In this document: piece by piece, positions 62,216 through 64,000 of the stretch
Layout of the letters: every line of letters begins with the position of its first letter
Position numbering within the stretch: position 1 is the stretch's first letter
Assembly (NCBI GenBank): GCA_002104945.1
Contig: MCFH01000009.1
Span: 124,001-188,000 of the forward strand
Direction of reading: 5' to 3'
Length of the DNA stretch: 64,000 nucleotides
DNA from: Piromyces finnis finn
Lineage: Eukaryota > Fungi > Neocallimastigomycota
Position numbers and translations under genes: made by a program
Notes under the pieces: model-generated
What the model saw: the letters and a program-made list of their open reading frames with translations, nothing else
Told to the model about the DNA's origin: nothing
Databases searched by the model: none

Positions 62216-62742
62216 CAATTTATTTATTACAAGTATTTACAAGAAAATTATATGTTCATTATATATTAATAATAGAATCGAATAATATAAAAATAATAAT
62301 ATTAATTATCAAAATATAAATTGGTCTCCTATTTTCTAATAATAGTATATATTTTATATATTTTATGTATTAAATAAAAAGTATTAATTACTCCGTATAA
62401 ATTGGTTTTAACTTTTGTTGCTTTTGTCATTGACTTTTCTACTTTAGAAAATAGTTTATAATTATTTGGAAATGATTTTATATTCATATTTGTTAACCAT
62501 GCTTTATATTTTTTATAATATGGATACAAATTTTAAAATAAATAATAAAATATAAATTAAATGAACTAATTTATTATTTTTGGAATTTGTTATTTTCAAT
62601 TCTTTTTTTTTTTTTTTATTTTTTATTTATTTATATTATATATATTATAGTTTCATGTACTTTTAACTATATCCGGTTGAGCTTCCTTCCATGGTGCTTC
62701 AGGGTAATTTGAAATTGATCCATCATTTATAATATAACTCAT
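60256..62742 (-). CDS. Clr2-like (cryptic loci regulator 2) chromatin protein, 3 exons
   Basis: ATG 62742 (MSYIINDGSISNYP). Spliced TNLYGHPSGNYFETPLEAKVHINYLL..CHCIYCK resembles Clr2_N (LYGHPSG..F.SP..F..H..WL...C.C..C). YRENEIIW and FRFGAEQLYIGDLLRL resemble the Clr2 C-terminal part. Confidence 0.72.
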
Positions 62743-63461
62743 TAATTCTTTATTTCTATTCTAAAATATTTTTAGTTTTGTAAATATAAATAATGCCTAA
62801 TAATTTTTATAACCTAATCAGAAAATAAACAGTGTTCATGTGATATAGTAGTGATTTTAATAAGAAAAAACATATTAAATGTATGGAAACTAAATTAATA
62901 AATAAAAAAGTTAAAAAAAAGAATATTATAGTTTTTTATTGTTTTTATATTTATATATTTATATCATAGATTAACAAGGATTAGTGATATAATATAAATA
63001 CTCTTTTAATGTATATTACTGTTATGTATTAAACAAGTAGAAAGAAACAAAAAAAATAATAATAGTAATAAAGCAAATAAATAATACTTTAATATAAAAA
63101 CATTTTGATATTTAATAATTAAACATTTAGCAATAAAAACATAAAATAAAAAATGTTTGGGTTAAGAGATGTGAACTTGATAAAAATGAATATCATTGTA
63201 TCATTTATATATTTTTATATTATAAAATCGAAATATAAAAATTCTTATATATGATTATTAAAATAATAATAATATAATAATATAATAATAAAAAAAAAAA
63301 AAAAAAGAGATAATCCAAAACCGAAGTTTTTGCATAAATATTGATTTTAAAGTTTTTAAAGTTTTTTTTTAATTTTTATTTTCTTTAATATTATTATTTT
63401 GTCAAATAATTGTATAGAGTTTTCTCATAATAATATTTTAATAATTTAAAAAAAAAAAAAA

Positions 63462-64000
63462 ATGGATAACATAAATAGTTTAAAAGATGATATTTATAAA
63501 AATGAAAATAATAATGAAAATGATATTGAGATGAAATATACATTGATAACCCCGAATAATAGCGAAAGTTTTAAAGCAGAATTACAAAATAATATAGAAC
63601 AATACAAGTAATACACACTAAAATCATATTTATTATATATATTATTTTTATAAATACAAATTCATAATTACCAATTATTATATAATATATTTACATGTTT
63701 TATTAATTTATTAAGATATGAATTTGAGAAGAGATTATACAATGTATTAAACAAAGATATTTTTAGTGCTTCCTTTGACCCCCAAAAAAATATTTTTGAT
63801 ATTAATGGAAACTTTATAACATATCCAGAAAAAAAAAATAATCAAAAATGGAAAAGGAAAAGCAAGAATAACATCAATTTTATAAAAAAGAATTCCTTTA
63901 TATATTCTAGTTCAATTCTAAATCTTGATTTAGGAAATCAGGATTCGAATTCTAGTTCATTAAGTAAACCAAAGTTTAAAAGTGAAAATAATATTTCTGA
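63462..64000 (+). CDS. 5' part of a hypothetical gene truncated by the window end
   Basis: ATG 63462 with exon 1 to ~63607 (GTAATA donor). The intron ends at AG ~63715, and the frame stays open to 64000 (YEFEKRLYNVLNKDIFSASFDPQKNIFDINGNF...). Confidence 0.6.

Overview
Extremely AT-rich, intron-rich eukaryotic DNA with GT..AG introns, long homopolymers and (AAT)n microsatellites. The composition and gene set suggest an early-diverging zoosporic fungus, most likely an anaerobic gut fungus (Neocallimastigomycota); this is inference. I joined exons by hand into about 20 protein-coding genes: Rho GTPase, Mtc1-like, an intronless bacterial-type MGT-family glycosyltransferase (HGT candidate), Atg3, an orphan gene, Edc3, Sen54, an internally shortened synaptobrevin-like protein, a GST, Mzt1, SLBP, TCERG1-like, PIG-A/Gpi3, PTPDC1-like phosphatase, ataxin-3, kinesin-14, an AAAP amino-acid transporter, Sdh4, Clr2-like, and a gene truncated by the window end. 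I saw no rRNA, tRNA, CRISPR or recognisable transposon. The most notable oddities are the bacterial glycosyltransferase, the mini R-SNARE lacking its central layers (with an intron-split start codon), a 99-bp duplication in Sdh4 that duplicates a splice donor, a GST with altered active-site motifs, and a fungal SLBP. All family assignments come from motif recognition only; no database searches were run.
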